Source: Candidatus Latescibacterota bacterium
GTDB taxonomy: Bacteria > Latescibacterota > UBA2968 > UBA8231
Length of the DNA stretch: 64,000 nt
Assembly: GCA_029941565.1 (NCBI GenBank)
Contig: JAPYRN010000019.1
Coordinates: forward strand, 4,228 to 68,227
Direction: 5' to 3'
Positions 44,798 through 54,068 of this stretch are shown here, in pieces (positions within the stretch are counted from its first letter, which is position 1; every line of letters starts with the position of its first letter). Below the pieces are notes generated by a model. The model had not been told where the DNA came from, did no database searches, and saw only the letters and a list, made by a program, of their open reading frames with translations. A program made the position numbers and the translations under genes.

Positions 44798-45364
44798 TTA
44801 TTGTCCCCGAAGTCCTCGTCCCCCCCCCCGCCCTGGCAGCCCCTCGCTCCCGGGGCGGCCCTCTGGGCCACCACCTCTCATGCGACGGACGATATCGACC
44901 AGATCGGTGCGAAAAGTAGAATCGAAAAGCAACAGGCGCGCCTGTTGTCGTGGTGTCAGCAGTTTATCAAGCTTCCTGTGGAATGCCTTCTTGGACTGCG
45001 CGATCACCTCTTCGATGTCCCGTACTTTGACCATCGTCGACTGCAGAGCCTCATCGTCGGCTTGTTCTTTGAGTTGTCTGGTGATGACGCCCAACAGGGC
45101 GCGCCGACGCTGTTCGAGAGAATCGGTCTGCGCCCGTTGTCGGCGAAACGCCGGAAACACACGCGTCGCCTGCTGCTCGTCGATTTCAAGTTCATCGACA
45201 AGCCGCCACATGCGAAGCAACTCGAGATGCTGCTTTCTGCCCTCCATCTCGAGCATCGGCATCTGCGCGTCTGCGCGTCGTGGCCCTGCCATCCAGATCG
45301 TCGTCACCAGCATGGCCAGCAAAAGGCCCAGCATCCCTCGCCGGTACTGTGGGCACCATTGCAT
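44798..45364 (-). CDS. Periplasmic LTxxQ-motif (Spy/CpxP-like) protein
   Basis: 188 aa. It has a signal peptide (MLGLLLAMLVTTIWMAGPRRADA), helical repeats with LTPRQQARLLLF (LTxxQ), and a Gly/Arg-rich tail. It lies downstream of the ECF sigma and anti-sigma genes. Confidence 0.6.
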   Translation of the reverse strand: MQWCPQYRRGMLGLLLAMLVTTIWMAGPRRADAQMPMLEMEGRKQHLELLRMWRLVDELEIDEQQATRVFPAFRRQRAQTDSLEQRRRALLGVITRQLKEQADDEALQSTMVKVRDIEEVIAQSKKAFHRKLDKLLTPRQQARLLLFDSTFRTDLVDIVRRMRGGGPEGRPGSEGLPGRGGGRGLRGQ

Positions 45365-45391
45365 CTACACCCCCTCCAATCTCTCTCTGCG

Positions 45392-45925
45392 CTACTCTTC
45401 CAGCAGCGCGTAGTATTCGTCGTCTGACAGTTCGTCGAGTTCCAGCAGCAATTCGTCAGCCGACGCCGTCTCCATCAGATAGGTCTCGATCATCTCAGCT
45501 ATTTCTGTGTCCTCAACCTGTTCGGTGACCACCCCTTCGGTGACCACTTCCTCCGTATCAAGCGGCTCCCAGGCCAATTCCTCTGTCGCCACTTCAAAAA
45601 CCAATTCAGGCGCCAGGTCCCGGGTCCCCATAACGAACATCAGGCCAGCCGCCACCACCACCGTCACGACTGAACCCCCGAGGGCGGGTTGCCAGGCGGG
45701 ACGGTGCGATCCACGCTGATCGCGAAGACGACGGCGCACTCGATGCACGAGCGTTTCCCCACGCAAGGAACTCCACACAACCGCCGGCATCTTGCTGGCA
45801 AGTGTCAATGTTGCCGCAAATTCTGCGTGCCGGGAACGGCAGGCACTACAAGCGGACAAGTGCTCGTGGGAGATTCCGTCGTCGACCAAGACAATCAGTT
45901 CGTCATCAGTCAGATGTGTGTTCAC
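45392..45925 (-). CDS. Anti-sigma factor (zf-HC2 type), single-pass membrane protein
   Basis: The N-terminal HEHLSACSACRSRHAEF gives the H-x3-C-x2-C motif. There is a central TM segment (ALGGSVVTVVVAAGLMFVMG). Its start overlaps the sigma gene stop by 4 nt. Confidence 0.7.
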   Translation of the reverse strand: MNTHLTDDELIVLVDDGISHEHLSACSACRSRHAEFAATLTLASKMPAVVWSSLRGETLVHRVRRRLRDQRGSHRPAWQPALGGSVVTVVVAAGLMFVMGTRDLAPELVFEVATEELAWEPLDTEEVVTEGVVTEQVEDTEIAEMIETYLMETASADELLLELDELSDDEYYALLEE

Positions 45926-46521
45926 AACTCTCCCCCCACAGAAAACAGGCCCGCCTTGCTCGCCGCAGCCCGCAGCTTGCGCACGGCGTGAAAATAACCA
46001 GCGCGGATCGCCCCTTCAGAACGACCGACGACCTGGGCGATCTGAGCATGACTCATGCCCTCGTAATGACGCATGACGAAGATCCCACGCTGCCTGGGTG
46101 GCAAGGTCTCGATGGCAGCCTCGATATGTCGTAGTAGATCAACTTCCTCTACCTTGGCGGCTACGTCGTATGTCTCGACCAACTGCAATTCCACCCCTTC
46201 GCTGTACTCGTCCTCGCGATCCAGGCGCAGAAACCGACGCACACGCCGGCGCCGCAGCAGGCTGATGGCCTGATTGTAGGCGATACGATAGAGCCAGGTG
46301 TAAAGAGTCGACCCACCACGAAATTCGGCGATTCGTTCGTACGCCCGAATGAAGGTCTCCTGAGCGACATCACTAGCATCGTCGAGGTCGCCGACAAGAC
46401 GCTGGGCGAAACGCACCAGCGGTTCCTGGTGTTGCCGTACAATTTCCTCAAAGGCCGTGTCATCCCCTGCCTGCAGGCGCGCGATAAGTACCGCCTCGGG
46501 GTCGGTCCGGTCATCGGACAT
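45922..46521 (-). CDS. ECF-family RNA polymerase sigma-70 factor
   Basis: Region 2 is DVAQETFIRAYERIAEFRGGSTLYTWLYRIAYNQAI. Region 4 is LPPRQRGIFVMRHYEGMSHAQIAQVVGRSEGAIRAGYFHAVRKLR. The start is chosen at ATG 46521. Confidence 0.9.
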   Translation of the reverse strand: MSDDRTDPEAVLIARLQAGDDTAFEEIVRQHQEPLVRFAQRLVGDLDDASDVAQETFIRAYERIAEFRGGSTLYTWLYRIAYNQAISLLRRRRVRRFLRLDREDEYSEGVELQLVETYDVAAKVEEVDLLRHIEAAIETLPPRQRGIFVMRHYEGMSHAQIAQVVGRSEGAIRAGYFHAVRKLRAAASKAGLFSVGGEL

Positions 46522-46641
46522 GGGTCTCGATTTCAGCGCGAGGGTCATAATAACAGGCGGTTCGAATGTGTGAGACCGGGTCAGGCAGCGCCCGGATGCG
46601 ATGTCACCTTACCCTATGGACGCCTGGGCTCGTCGTAGCGT

Positions 46642-47655
46642 TTAATCCTGCCCCGGCCATCGTTTTCGTGCCAAGGTCATGGCTGCCTCGTTGTCGTCGA
46701 CTGTCTGTCCTGCCCCTGATGGGTGCGTTCCCGGTGGAAAAACAGTCCGGGAATAGAGTGGGTAGGCCTCGGTGCGCAGGTGGGAGCGCATATCGTGGCC
46801 ACGGCGACGGGCACGCTCGTGGCGGAGACTGGCAACGTCGATCGTGGTAACGACGATCTTTTCTCCGGGGCCGGGATCAGCCTGGGCCAGCAACCGACCG
46901 TCGAAGTCAACGACCATACTCCCTCCGGGCCACGAAAATGGCGCGTACCGAGACAGTGCGGCGCCCTGGTTGGCGGCCACGACATACGCCGTATTCTCGA
47001 GGGCCCGGCAACGATTGACAACCGTCCACCAATCCATCGGCTCCGTCGCCCCCCAGGGATCCATATAGGCAGAAACCCGAATCAGGATCTCTGCACCATT
47101 CGCCGTCAGCTGGCGGAGTGGTTCGGGGAACATCCAGTCGTAACAGATGGCAACGCCGATGTTACCGATGGGTGTGCGGGCCACTGGAAACAGTTCCTCG
47201 TCGTATCCAGGCAGATCGTGAGGACTCGAGTGCACCTCCCATGGAATCCATGGGTTTACCTTTCGATACTTGCTTAGAATTCCTTCCGGCCCGATCAGAC
47301 AGGTCGTATTGAAGACCTTTCCCGGCCACTTCGGATCTTCCTCCAGGAATGTGGCCGTCTGAATGTAGACGCCCAGTTGCCGCGCCTTGGCGACATATTT
47401 CTCCGTGTGCTCGTTTGGAATTGGCACCGTGAGCTTCGCTCGCAGCCCCTGTGTCGTCGGATAGATGGGGGCGGCATGACCGAATTCTGGAAAGGCGAGC
47501 AGCTTGACGTCGCAGAATGGCGCGTAGCCCTCGACGGCCATGTCGATCATCTCCAACATGCGCGCCGTGTTGCGGCCGATCTGCGAACGGTCTTCAGGAT
47601 TGGGCTGATCGACCTGGCAAGCAGCGACTGCGTAGCGCAGCCTGTCGTCACTCAT
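46642..47655 (-). CDS. Carbon-nitrogen hydrolase (aliphatic amidase/formamidase-like)
   Basis: 337 aa. The E-K-C triad context is AFPEFG, SKYRKVNPW and GVAICYDWMFPE. Confidence 0.85.
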   Translation of the reverse strand: MSDDRLRYAVAACQVDQPNPEDRSQIGRNTARMLEMIDMAVEGYAPFCDVKLLAFPEFGHAAPIYPTTQGLRAKLTVPIPNEHTEKYVAKARQLGVYIQTATFLEEDPKWPGKVFNTTCLIGPEGILSKYRKVNPWIPWEVHSSPHDLPGYDEELFPVARTPIGNIGVAICYDWMFPEPLRQLTANGAEILIRVSAYMDPWGATEPMDWWTVVNRCRALENTAYVVAANQGAALSRYAPFSWPGGSMVVDFDGRLLAQADPGPGEKIVVTTIDVASLRHERARRRGHDMRSHLRTEAYPLYSRTVFPPGTHPSGAGQTVDDNEAAMTLARKRWPGQD

Positions 47656-48727
47656 CCGTGGCGACAGCGGATGCCGTGTTCGTACGCTTCGTCTTCCACT
47701 TCTTCTTGGCCCCTCGCCGGACCTGGATCATCTCTCCAACGACACAGATGGCGATCTCTTCGGGCGTATCGGCACCGATATTGAACCCTACGGGTGCATA
47801 CACCTCGTCGAGTTTCGACCGGCAGCCACCGCGGGCCTCGATCCGATTCCACAGAGTCAGCTTCTTGCGCTCGCTGCCGAGCATGCCGACATAACACGCC
47901 GGTGTGCGGATGGCCTGTTCCACCACGACCTCATCGTTGACGTGCCCACGTGTGGCGGCGACGATATACGTATGTTCATCGATGGGGATCCGTGCGAAGA
48001 TGGCCTCCGTCTCGTCCGCCAGGCATTCATCGACATCGGGGTGACGCTCAGCATTGGCGAAATAGGATCGGTCATCGACGATGACGACGTAGAAACCGGC
48101 ATTGTGGGCCAGCTTCGCGATCTGTCCGCCCACGTGCCCGCCGCCGAAGACGTAGAGCAATGGTGGTGGTGCGAAGGGTTCAACAAAGAGCCCGCGAGCC
48201 GCCTCGCCTGTAGCGTGCAGAGCCGGGCTCTCGCGTTGAAGACAATCCTGCACCCACGGCAGGACCTCGTCGTTGAGATCGGCGCCAAGACTGCCGCGGC
48301 GCTTGCCTTGCGAACCAAAAAAGAGCCTGGCGCTGTCGTCGAGAGCCGTCACCAGCACACAGGAGGCGCGGCATTTTCTGGCGCTGTCAATGTCGGCGTA
48401 GAACCGGCCCACCGTCGCATCGACGAGTTCGCTGAAAATCTTCACCGTGCCGCCACAATTGAGCCCATGTTCGCCGGCTTGCTTTTCGGTCATCGTGTAG
48501 GACGTGATCTGCGGTCGTCCACCACCACGCACATCTCCGGCGACGGCGAGAATCTCTGCTTCGAGGCAACCCCCGCCGATCGTGCCCAGCACGGTACCGT
48601 CCGCCGCCACCAGCATCTTGGCGCGCGCACTCATGGGGATGGAGCCACTACTGGCGACCAACGATGACAACACGGCAGTCTCATTTGAATCGGCCAGCGA
48701 GGCGACGGCGGCGATCACGTCATCCAT
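47648..48727 (-). CDS. XdhC/CoxI-family molybdoenzyme maturation protein
   Basis: 359 aa. The N-terminal domain is SGSIPMSARAKMLVAADGTVLGTIGGGCLEAE. The Rossmann-like domain is LLYVFGGGHVGGQIAKLAHNAGFYVVIVDDR. Confidence 0.85.
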   Translation of the reverse strand: MDDVIAAVASLADSNETAVLSSLVASSGSIPMSARAKMLVAADGTVLGTIGGGCLEAEILAVAGDVRGGGRPQITSYTMTEKQAGEHGLNCGGTVKIFSELVDATVGRFYADIDSARKCRASCVLVTALDDSARLFFGSQGKRRGSLGADLNDEVLPWVQDCLQRESPALHATGEAARGLFVEPFAPPPLLYVFGGGHVGGQIAKLAHNAGFYVVIVDDRSYFANAERHPDVDECLADETEAIFARIPIDEHTYIVAATRGHVNDEVVVEQAIRTPACYVGMLGSERKKLTLWNRIEARGGCRSKLDEVYAPVGFNIGADTPEEIAICVVGEMIQVRRGAKKKWKTKRTNTASAVATDE

Positions 48728-49329
48728 CAGCCGTGTGCTCCGGCGCGCTCGATCTCACGAGCGTAGTCGCTGGGGGTATCCATGTCATCGAGTATCAGCT
48801 CGTCGTCGAGGGCGACTTCGATGGTGTCCTGCGCGTGGGCACGTGTCACTGCGTTCAGACCAACCCTCTGCGGATCGAGACCGAGGATCTCAGAGCGATA
48901 CCGTCGATGGATAAAAACGGGATGCCCTCGCTGTCCGTCGAAGGTGGGAATCACGATGCCTGCCGCACCCACAGAGGCCCGCACAACAGCATCGATTGCA
49001 GCTCCGCGCAAAGAGGGTTGGTCACCAAGGCAGATCAGATAACCACGACCGTGGTTGGCGGCGAGAATCCCGGCCTGTACGGAGGACAGCATCCCGCGAT
49101 CGACATTTTCATTGATGGCGAGAGTGATGTCCAATGCACTCAACATGGCCGCCACCTGGCCACCTACGTGACCGACAACGACGACGAGGCTGGAGACATG
49201 TGGCCGTATCTGATGGGCGACGACTTCAACGACGGTCTGCAGACCGGCAAGTGGGAGCAACTGCTTGGGCTGTCCCATCCGGCGTGAACGCCCCGCCGCA
49301 AGCAGAATGCCGATGACACCGTCTCTCAT
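48727..49329 (-). CDS. MobA/MocA-like molybdenum cofactor nucleotidyltransferase
   Basis: ORF 48727..49413. The realistic start is ATG 49329 (MRDGVIGILLAAGRSRRMGQPKQLLPL), which avoids overlap with the upstream gene. It has the LAAGxSxRMG motif. Confidence 0.8.
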   Translation of the reverse strand: MRDGVIGILLAAGRSRRMGQPKQLLPLAGLQTVVEVVAHQIRPHVSSLVVVVGHVGGQVAAMLSALDITLAINENVDRGMLSSVQAGILAANHGRGYLICLGDQPSLRGAAIDAVVRASVGAAGIVIPTFDGQRGHPVFIHRRYRSEILGLDPQRVGLNAVTRAHAQDTIEVALDDELILDDMDTPSDYAREIERAGAHG

Positions 49330-49361
49330 GTGGTTGAGCCTACGGGGGCTGAAGGTTGATG

Positions 49362-50606
49362 TCAACGCGTCGCCACCTGGCCGCCAGCAACGAAACCACT
49401 CGACCACGCCCACTGGAAATTGTAGCCGCCAAGATCGCCGTGCACATCGACCATCTCACCGGCGAAGTACAGACCGGGAGCGACATACGACTGCAGGGTA
49501 TGCGGATCGATTTCATCGGTACGGATCCCACCGATAGTGACCTCAGCATAGTCGAAATTTCGTGGCCCCGTAACTCGAATCGGCAGGGCGGTTATGAGCG
49601 CAGCCAATTCCCTGCGCTGCCGCTTGGACACCCCTGCCACGAGTGCCGACGCCTCGAGACCTGCCCTGGCGAGCAGGACGCGAGCCACCTTGGCATGGAG
49701 CAACCCCGCCAGACTTAAGCCCAATTCTCGGTGCGGGTGTCGTTGCCAACGCGTCTGCAACAGTTCGCCCACCTCTTCTGCTGACTTGTCCGGTAGCAGA
49801 CTGACCAGCAGGGAAAGAGGACCCTCCTCTCGCAGATGCCGCACGATGCGGGCACTGAGGTTCAGGATTGTGAACCCCGACACGCCGTACTTGGCAAAGA
49901 GCAAGTCGTCGGTATCAACGACGGTCGCCTTGCCCAGGCCTTGCGCCTCGACTCTGGCCCAGACTTTCACCCCCTGCAGATCCCGTATCCATCGATCGTC
50001 GCTCTCCAACGCAACGAGGCCCGGATACAACGCGGTGCGAGTGTGTCCGAGGCTTTCCACAAGAGCCAGACCACTGTCGTCGGCGCCGAGTTTTGGCAAA
50101 CTGAGGCCACCGGAACAGGCGATCACTTGTTCAGCCCGCCACAGCGAACCATCCGAGCCTCGTACGTCGAAGCCACCGACGCCATGACGCTGTAACTGGT
50201 CAACACGCACATCCGTGTGCACTTCGACACCAAGGACGGTCAGTTCATCGGCGAGCACATCGACGACGGATCGAGCCTGGTCGGATCTTGGAAAGAGTCG
50301 CCCACGCTTTTCCTGCTTGGTCTCAATTCCGAGTTCGGTGAAGAACTTGAGCGCCTCCTGCACTGGAAAGGTGGCCAAGGAGGGACGCACAAAACGAGGA
50401 TTGCTCCCGTGATAGTGCGTTGGGTCATCACCATCGACGTTGAGCAGATTGCAGCGGCCATTGCCCGAGACCAGGATCTTGCGACCCAATTCTCTGCTAC
50501 CCTCGAGCAACACGACGCGTGTCCCAGCCCGTGCAGCCCGGATTGCAGCCATCATCCCAGCGGCACCGCCGCCGATGACGAGGCACTGAGGGAATGCATC
50601 ACTCAT
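49362..50606 (-). CDS. HI0933/BaiN-family NAD(P)/FAD-dependent oxidoreductase
   Basis: 414 aa. It has VIGGGAAGMMAAIRAA...KILVSGNGRCNLLN and the C-terminal LYFAGEMVDVHGDLGGYNFQWAWSSG. Confidence 0.85.
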   Translation of the reverse strand: MSDAFPQCLVIGGGAAGMMAAIRAARAGTRVVLLEGSRELGRKILVSGNGRCNLLNVDGDDPTHYHGSNPRFVRPSLATFPVQEALKFFTELGIETKQEKRGRLFPRSDQARSVVDVLADELTVLGVEVHTDVRVDQLQRHGVGGFDVRGSDGSLWRAEQVIACSGGLSLPKLGADDSGLALVESLGHTRTALYPGLVALESDDRWIRDLQGVKVWARVEAQGLGKATVVDTDDLLFAKYGVSGFTILNLSARIVRHLREEGPLSLLVSLLPDKSAEEVGELLQTRWQRHPHRELGLSLAGLLHAKVARVLLARAGLEASALVAGVSKRQRRELAALITALPIRVTGPRNFDYAEVTIGGIRTDEIDPHTLQSYVAPGLYFAGEMVDVHGDLGGYNFQWAWSSGFVAGGQVATR

Positions 50607-50781
50607 GGTGTATCCAATTGTTTTACAACCAGTTATGAACCGGCAACATCGACCGGAGCAAGCTGCTTCTACCTTGACACTCCACAGTAGATCCGCTACC
50701 TTTTACGGTTTATATCTACTGGAATATAGGTTCCAAATAACGCACTGCTCTTTTATGGAACTCCCGAACTCAGAGGATGTT

Positions 50782-53598
50782 ATGACCGTTTCCCAAGTTG
50801 ACGAGGAGGTGGTTTCGGAGACGATCTCCGAGGTCACGCCCTCGACGGGGCCCGACTCCGATCCCCGAATTACCACCCTTCCCGACCTGTCCGACTGGCA
50901 GGTAACATTTCGCGAGGGACTCGCCGGCGAAGCCAGCACCAACGACGAAGGACATCTCGTCGTCAACGTCTCCGGCACTGGCGATGCCGTCATCACTGCA
51001 CCTGTGCCCATCCCCGTCCCGGCTGATGCCAGCGCCCTGCAGGTGACCGTTGAGTCCAGTCTGCTGAGCGAAACAGAGCCGACGGGTGAACTGATCCTGC
51101 AACTGGGCAGCGGTCAGGAACTTCGCATGGGCGCCCTCGATTTCAATGGCAGTCACCTGCTGCGCCACACACTACCACGCGGCAGCAGCATCACCGGCCT
51201 TGTCGCCCGCGGGCTCCTGCACCGAGATCCATCTGATTTCGTCGTCTGCAAGATCGCTTTCGAGCGTACCTCTGCTGCTCAACAAGTGGCGGCCACCCTC
51301 CCCGCTCCCTACGGCGACATGCCGTCCATGCTGCCCGTCACCGAGGAAGAGGTGACCAATTCAATCGAGAAAGACGGTATCTCCTTCATTCTCGAGGCAC
51401 GCTCGCTATCGGCTGTGGTGCGTTACATCTACACACCGATCGAAGGCAATCTGTCCGACATCGAAGTCGAGATCAACAACGCCGACGCCATCAAGCTGGC
51501 CGAAGATGGCGGCATCATCGTCCTCATGGAAGGTACGCAGTGGGCGGCTGCCGACGAGGAGATCGAGCGTCATTTCGTCTCCGGCGAGCAGGTCGGTGAT
51601 GCCATCGAGGCCCGCTGGCAATTCCGCCGCGGCAGCGAACTGGCCGATTTCCTGTTCCGTCTGCGGATTGAGGGCAAGTCTCTCATCGTCGAACTCGAAG
51701 GGGGCGCTGGCAAGGTAGCTGGGATCGATCTCGGATACGTCTCCGGCGCCATCCACCCGCGTCCCGTCCGTGTGCCATATTTCAGCTTCGGCGATGATCA
51801 GCCCGTCATCCTATCGACTTCGGGCGTGTTCATCTCCAGCTTGCTCGACTGGTATCACTCACAGGCCTCGTCCATGCAAGGCGTCGTCTCGGGTGTCGCC
51901 GATCAAGTCATGCATCTCAATGGGGGCTGCCGCTACGAGCAGACCTCCGATGGCCGCCGAGTCGCCCTCCGCGACCGTTGGGTGTTGACCGTCTCCCGTC
52001 GTTTTGAAGAAGTGTTGCCCACCCAACCGACAATCGGCGAGCACAAGGCTATGCCCCTGTCCCCCGAGTTGCTCTGGTGTCGGCTTCCCGATATGGCCGC
52101 CGGAGAAGAGGCGTATATCGAGGCCTACGAACAGCTCCGCATGTTTCGCCAGGCCGGTCTCAACGATCTGCTCATCCTCCATCCCGACTCTACCTGGCAT
52201 GACGGTGTGGGAGGTGCGCCAACTCTGGACACCATAGGCGCCGAGTCCAAGGGAGGTGACGATGCGTTCCACGAATACCTGGACGCCGTCAAGGATCTCG
52301 GATACGGATACGGTCTACAAGCCTCGTTCCGCGACATCACCCCCCACGATACGTCCTGGTCATCAGATCGCGTCGCCCTCGATGGCGAGGGTGAGTTCGC
52401 CGTCACAGGCCCGGGTCGGTATCTGCTGAAGCCCAGCCAAACTGCTGAGATTTCCGGTAGTCGTATCAAACGCCTCGTCGATGAGTATGGGGCTGCTTTC
52501 GTCTATCTGAGTGATCATGCCGAAAGACCTCCCTGGGAGCGCGTGGACTTCGACGCCGATTCGGCCGCCCCATCCAGCTTCGCTGCCACCTTGCGCTCGG
52601 AGCAGGCTTTGTTGTCGTCATTGGCTAGTAGCCACGGCGTGCCCGTCGTCGGCAACGGCGGCAGCCATTGGTTGTATAGCGGTCTTCTCAGTGGTTGTGT
52701 GGCCGGCATTGGCGGGGAGCGGCCAGCCGCTCAGCCACTGTTAGTCGATTTCGCCCTGAGTCAGCTGCGTGAGGGTTACATCAATGCCGGTCTCGGCACG
52801 CCGGAACAGTACTTCGGGCTTGAAATTCCAGCGGAGGAACGGGACAGCCGCAGCCAGTGGCTGGACCGCTATCTCGCGGCGACGTTGGCTTTCGGGCATG
52901 CCGGATTTCTCCCCGACTTGGAACAATGGGGGTTGCCGGCGGTGGCCAAGACCTACTACCTGTTGCGCAGACTACAGCCTCACTATCTGGGCGTGCCGGT
53001 TGACTCCATCCACTACCAGCGCGGTGGCAACCTGCTCGAGACAACAGAGGCACTCGTGGCGGGTGCCCACGAGCTCAGCCAGGTGCGTGTCAACTATCGC
53101 AATGGGCTGCAGCTGCACGTCAACTGTTCGCCTGACGAGGACTGGACTGTCAATATTGACGAGGAGACTCACTACCGCCTGCCTCCGGGATCCTTTCTCG
53201 CTCGCGGGCCTGGCGACTTGCTCGTCTACAGTGCCGACACAGGATCAGGTCGAATCGACTATGCCGGCTGCGACGAGTATGTGTACTGTGACACACGTGG
53301 TCAGCGTCTCACACTGGGCGCCCTGACACTCACCGGCGCCGCGGTCCTGACTCACGAAGACTGGGTTATCGACGTCTACCCGCTGGATTGCAGCGATACG
53401 ATTGAGATCGACCCGGCGCAGCTGTGGCAGGGCCGGCGTATGCCGCCGTTGCGGGTTCTCGCCTTTCGTGATGAGATGGACAAACCGGAATCGCTGTCGG
53501 CAACCGCCGCGGAGGGACCCGTCACGATCCGTCCGCAAGATGATGTCTATCGTTATCGTATCACCCTTCCGGAATGGATGGTGGAACCCGGCAAGTGA
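50782..53598 (+). CDS. Large orphan protein (938 aa), no family recognised
   Basis: Uninterrupted ORF 50605..53598. The likely start is ATG 50782 (MTVSQVDEEVV), with GAGGA 5 nt upstream. ATG 50755 is an alternative. It has an acidic N-terminus and no signal peptide or TM segment. Confidence 0.8.
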   Translation: MTVSQVDEEVVSETISEVTPSTGPDSDPRITTLPDLSDWQVTFREGLAGEASTNDEGHLVVNVSGTGDAVITAPVPIPVPADASALQVTVESSLLSETEPTGELILQLGSGQELRMGALDFNGSHLLRHTLPRGSSITGLVARGLLHRDPSDFVVCKIAFERTSAAQQVAATLPAPYGDMPSMLPVTEEEVTNSIEKDGISFILEARSLSAVVRYIYTPIEGNLSDIEVEINNADAIKLAEDGGIIVLMEGTQWAAADEEIERHFVSGEQVGDAIEARWQFRRGSELADFLFRLRIEGKSLIVELEGGAGKVAGIDLGYVSGAIHPRPVRVPYFSFGDDQPVILSTSGVFISSLLDWYHSQASSMQGVVSGVADQVMHLNGGCRYEQTSDGRRVALRDRWVLTVSRRFEEVLPTQPTIGEHKAMPLSPELLWCRLPDMAAGEEAYIEAYEQLRMFRQAGLNDLLILHPDSTWHDGVGGAPTLDTIGAESKGGDDAFHEYLDAVKDLGYGYGLQASFRDITPHDTSWSSDRVALDGEGEFAVTGPGRYLLKPSQTAEISGSRIKRLVDEYGAAFVYLSDHAERPPWERVDFDADSAAPSSFAATLRSEQALLSSLASSHGVPVVGNGGSHWLYSGLLSGCVAGIGGERPAAQPLLVDFALSQLREGYINAGLGTPEQYFGLEIPAEERDSRSQWLDRYLAATLAFGHAGFLPDLEQWGLPAVAKTYYLLRRLQPHYLGVPVDSIHYQRGGNLLETTEALVAGAHELSQVRVNYRNGLQLHVNCSPDEDWTVNIDEETHYRLPPGSFLARGPGDLLVYSADTGSGRIDYAGCDEYVYCDTRGQRLTLGALTLTGAAVLTHEDWVIDVYPLDCSDTIEIDPAQLWQGRRMPPLRVLAFRDEMDKPESLSATAAEGPVTIRPQDDVYRYRITLPEWMVEPGK

Positions 53599-53606
53599 CG
53601 CAACTG

Positions 53607-53927
53607 ATGGCGACGCGCGACAACAACGCGACCGATATCCTGTCGGATCCTGGCCCGGTGGAACCACTTCCGTCTGCAGCGGAGGATGGCGAGCCGACGC
53701 GTAATTTTGTGTTGTCGTTGGCTCATCGCATCACCAGTCTGGTAGACGACAGCGAAGACGTCGAGCTCGAGGATCCCGATCTGAGTCATCGGCTCGCCCT
53801 TTCGGTCAAGCCCTATGTTGACCGACTCGTAACGCTGCGGCATCTGCTGGACCCCGTGAGTCGATCATCGAAAGGCGCGGGCGCATGGCATCACCAGTGC
53901 CGAGGAGGCGAGCCAGGATCTGGGTGA
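53607..53927 (+). CDS. Hypothetical acidic protein (106 aa)
   Basis: The ORF begins 9 nt after the orphan gene stop. It has no convincing Shine-Dalgarno sequence, and its tail (SSKGAGAWHHQCRGGEPGSG) looks non-native. See the finding on frame switching. Confidence 0.3.
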   Translation: MATRDNNATDILSDPGPVEPLPSAAEDGEPTRNFVLSLAHRITSLVDDSEDVELEDPDLSHRLALSVKPYVDRLVTLRHLLDPVSRSSKGAGAWHHQCRGGEPGSG

Positions 53928-54068
53928 TAGCGTTGACGTGAAGCTGATTGCGGAGCTGCAGACCGAACTGGCTGCCGTCAAACGCGGTCGCAAACTCTTT
54001 GCTGACGAGATCGTGAGCGGAGGACGCAGCCCCGACGCCGACAGAAGACGAGAACGTCGACGAACGGC

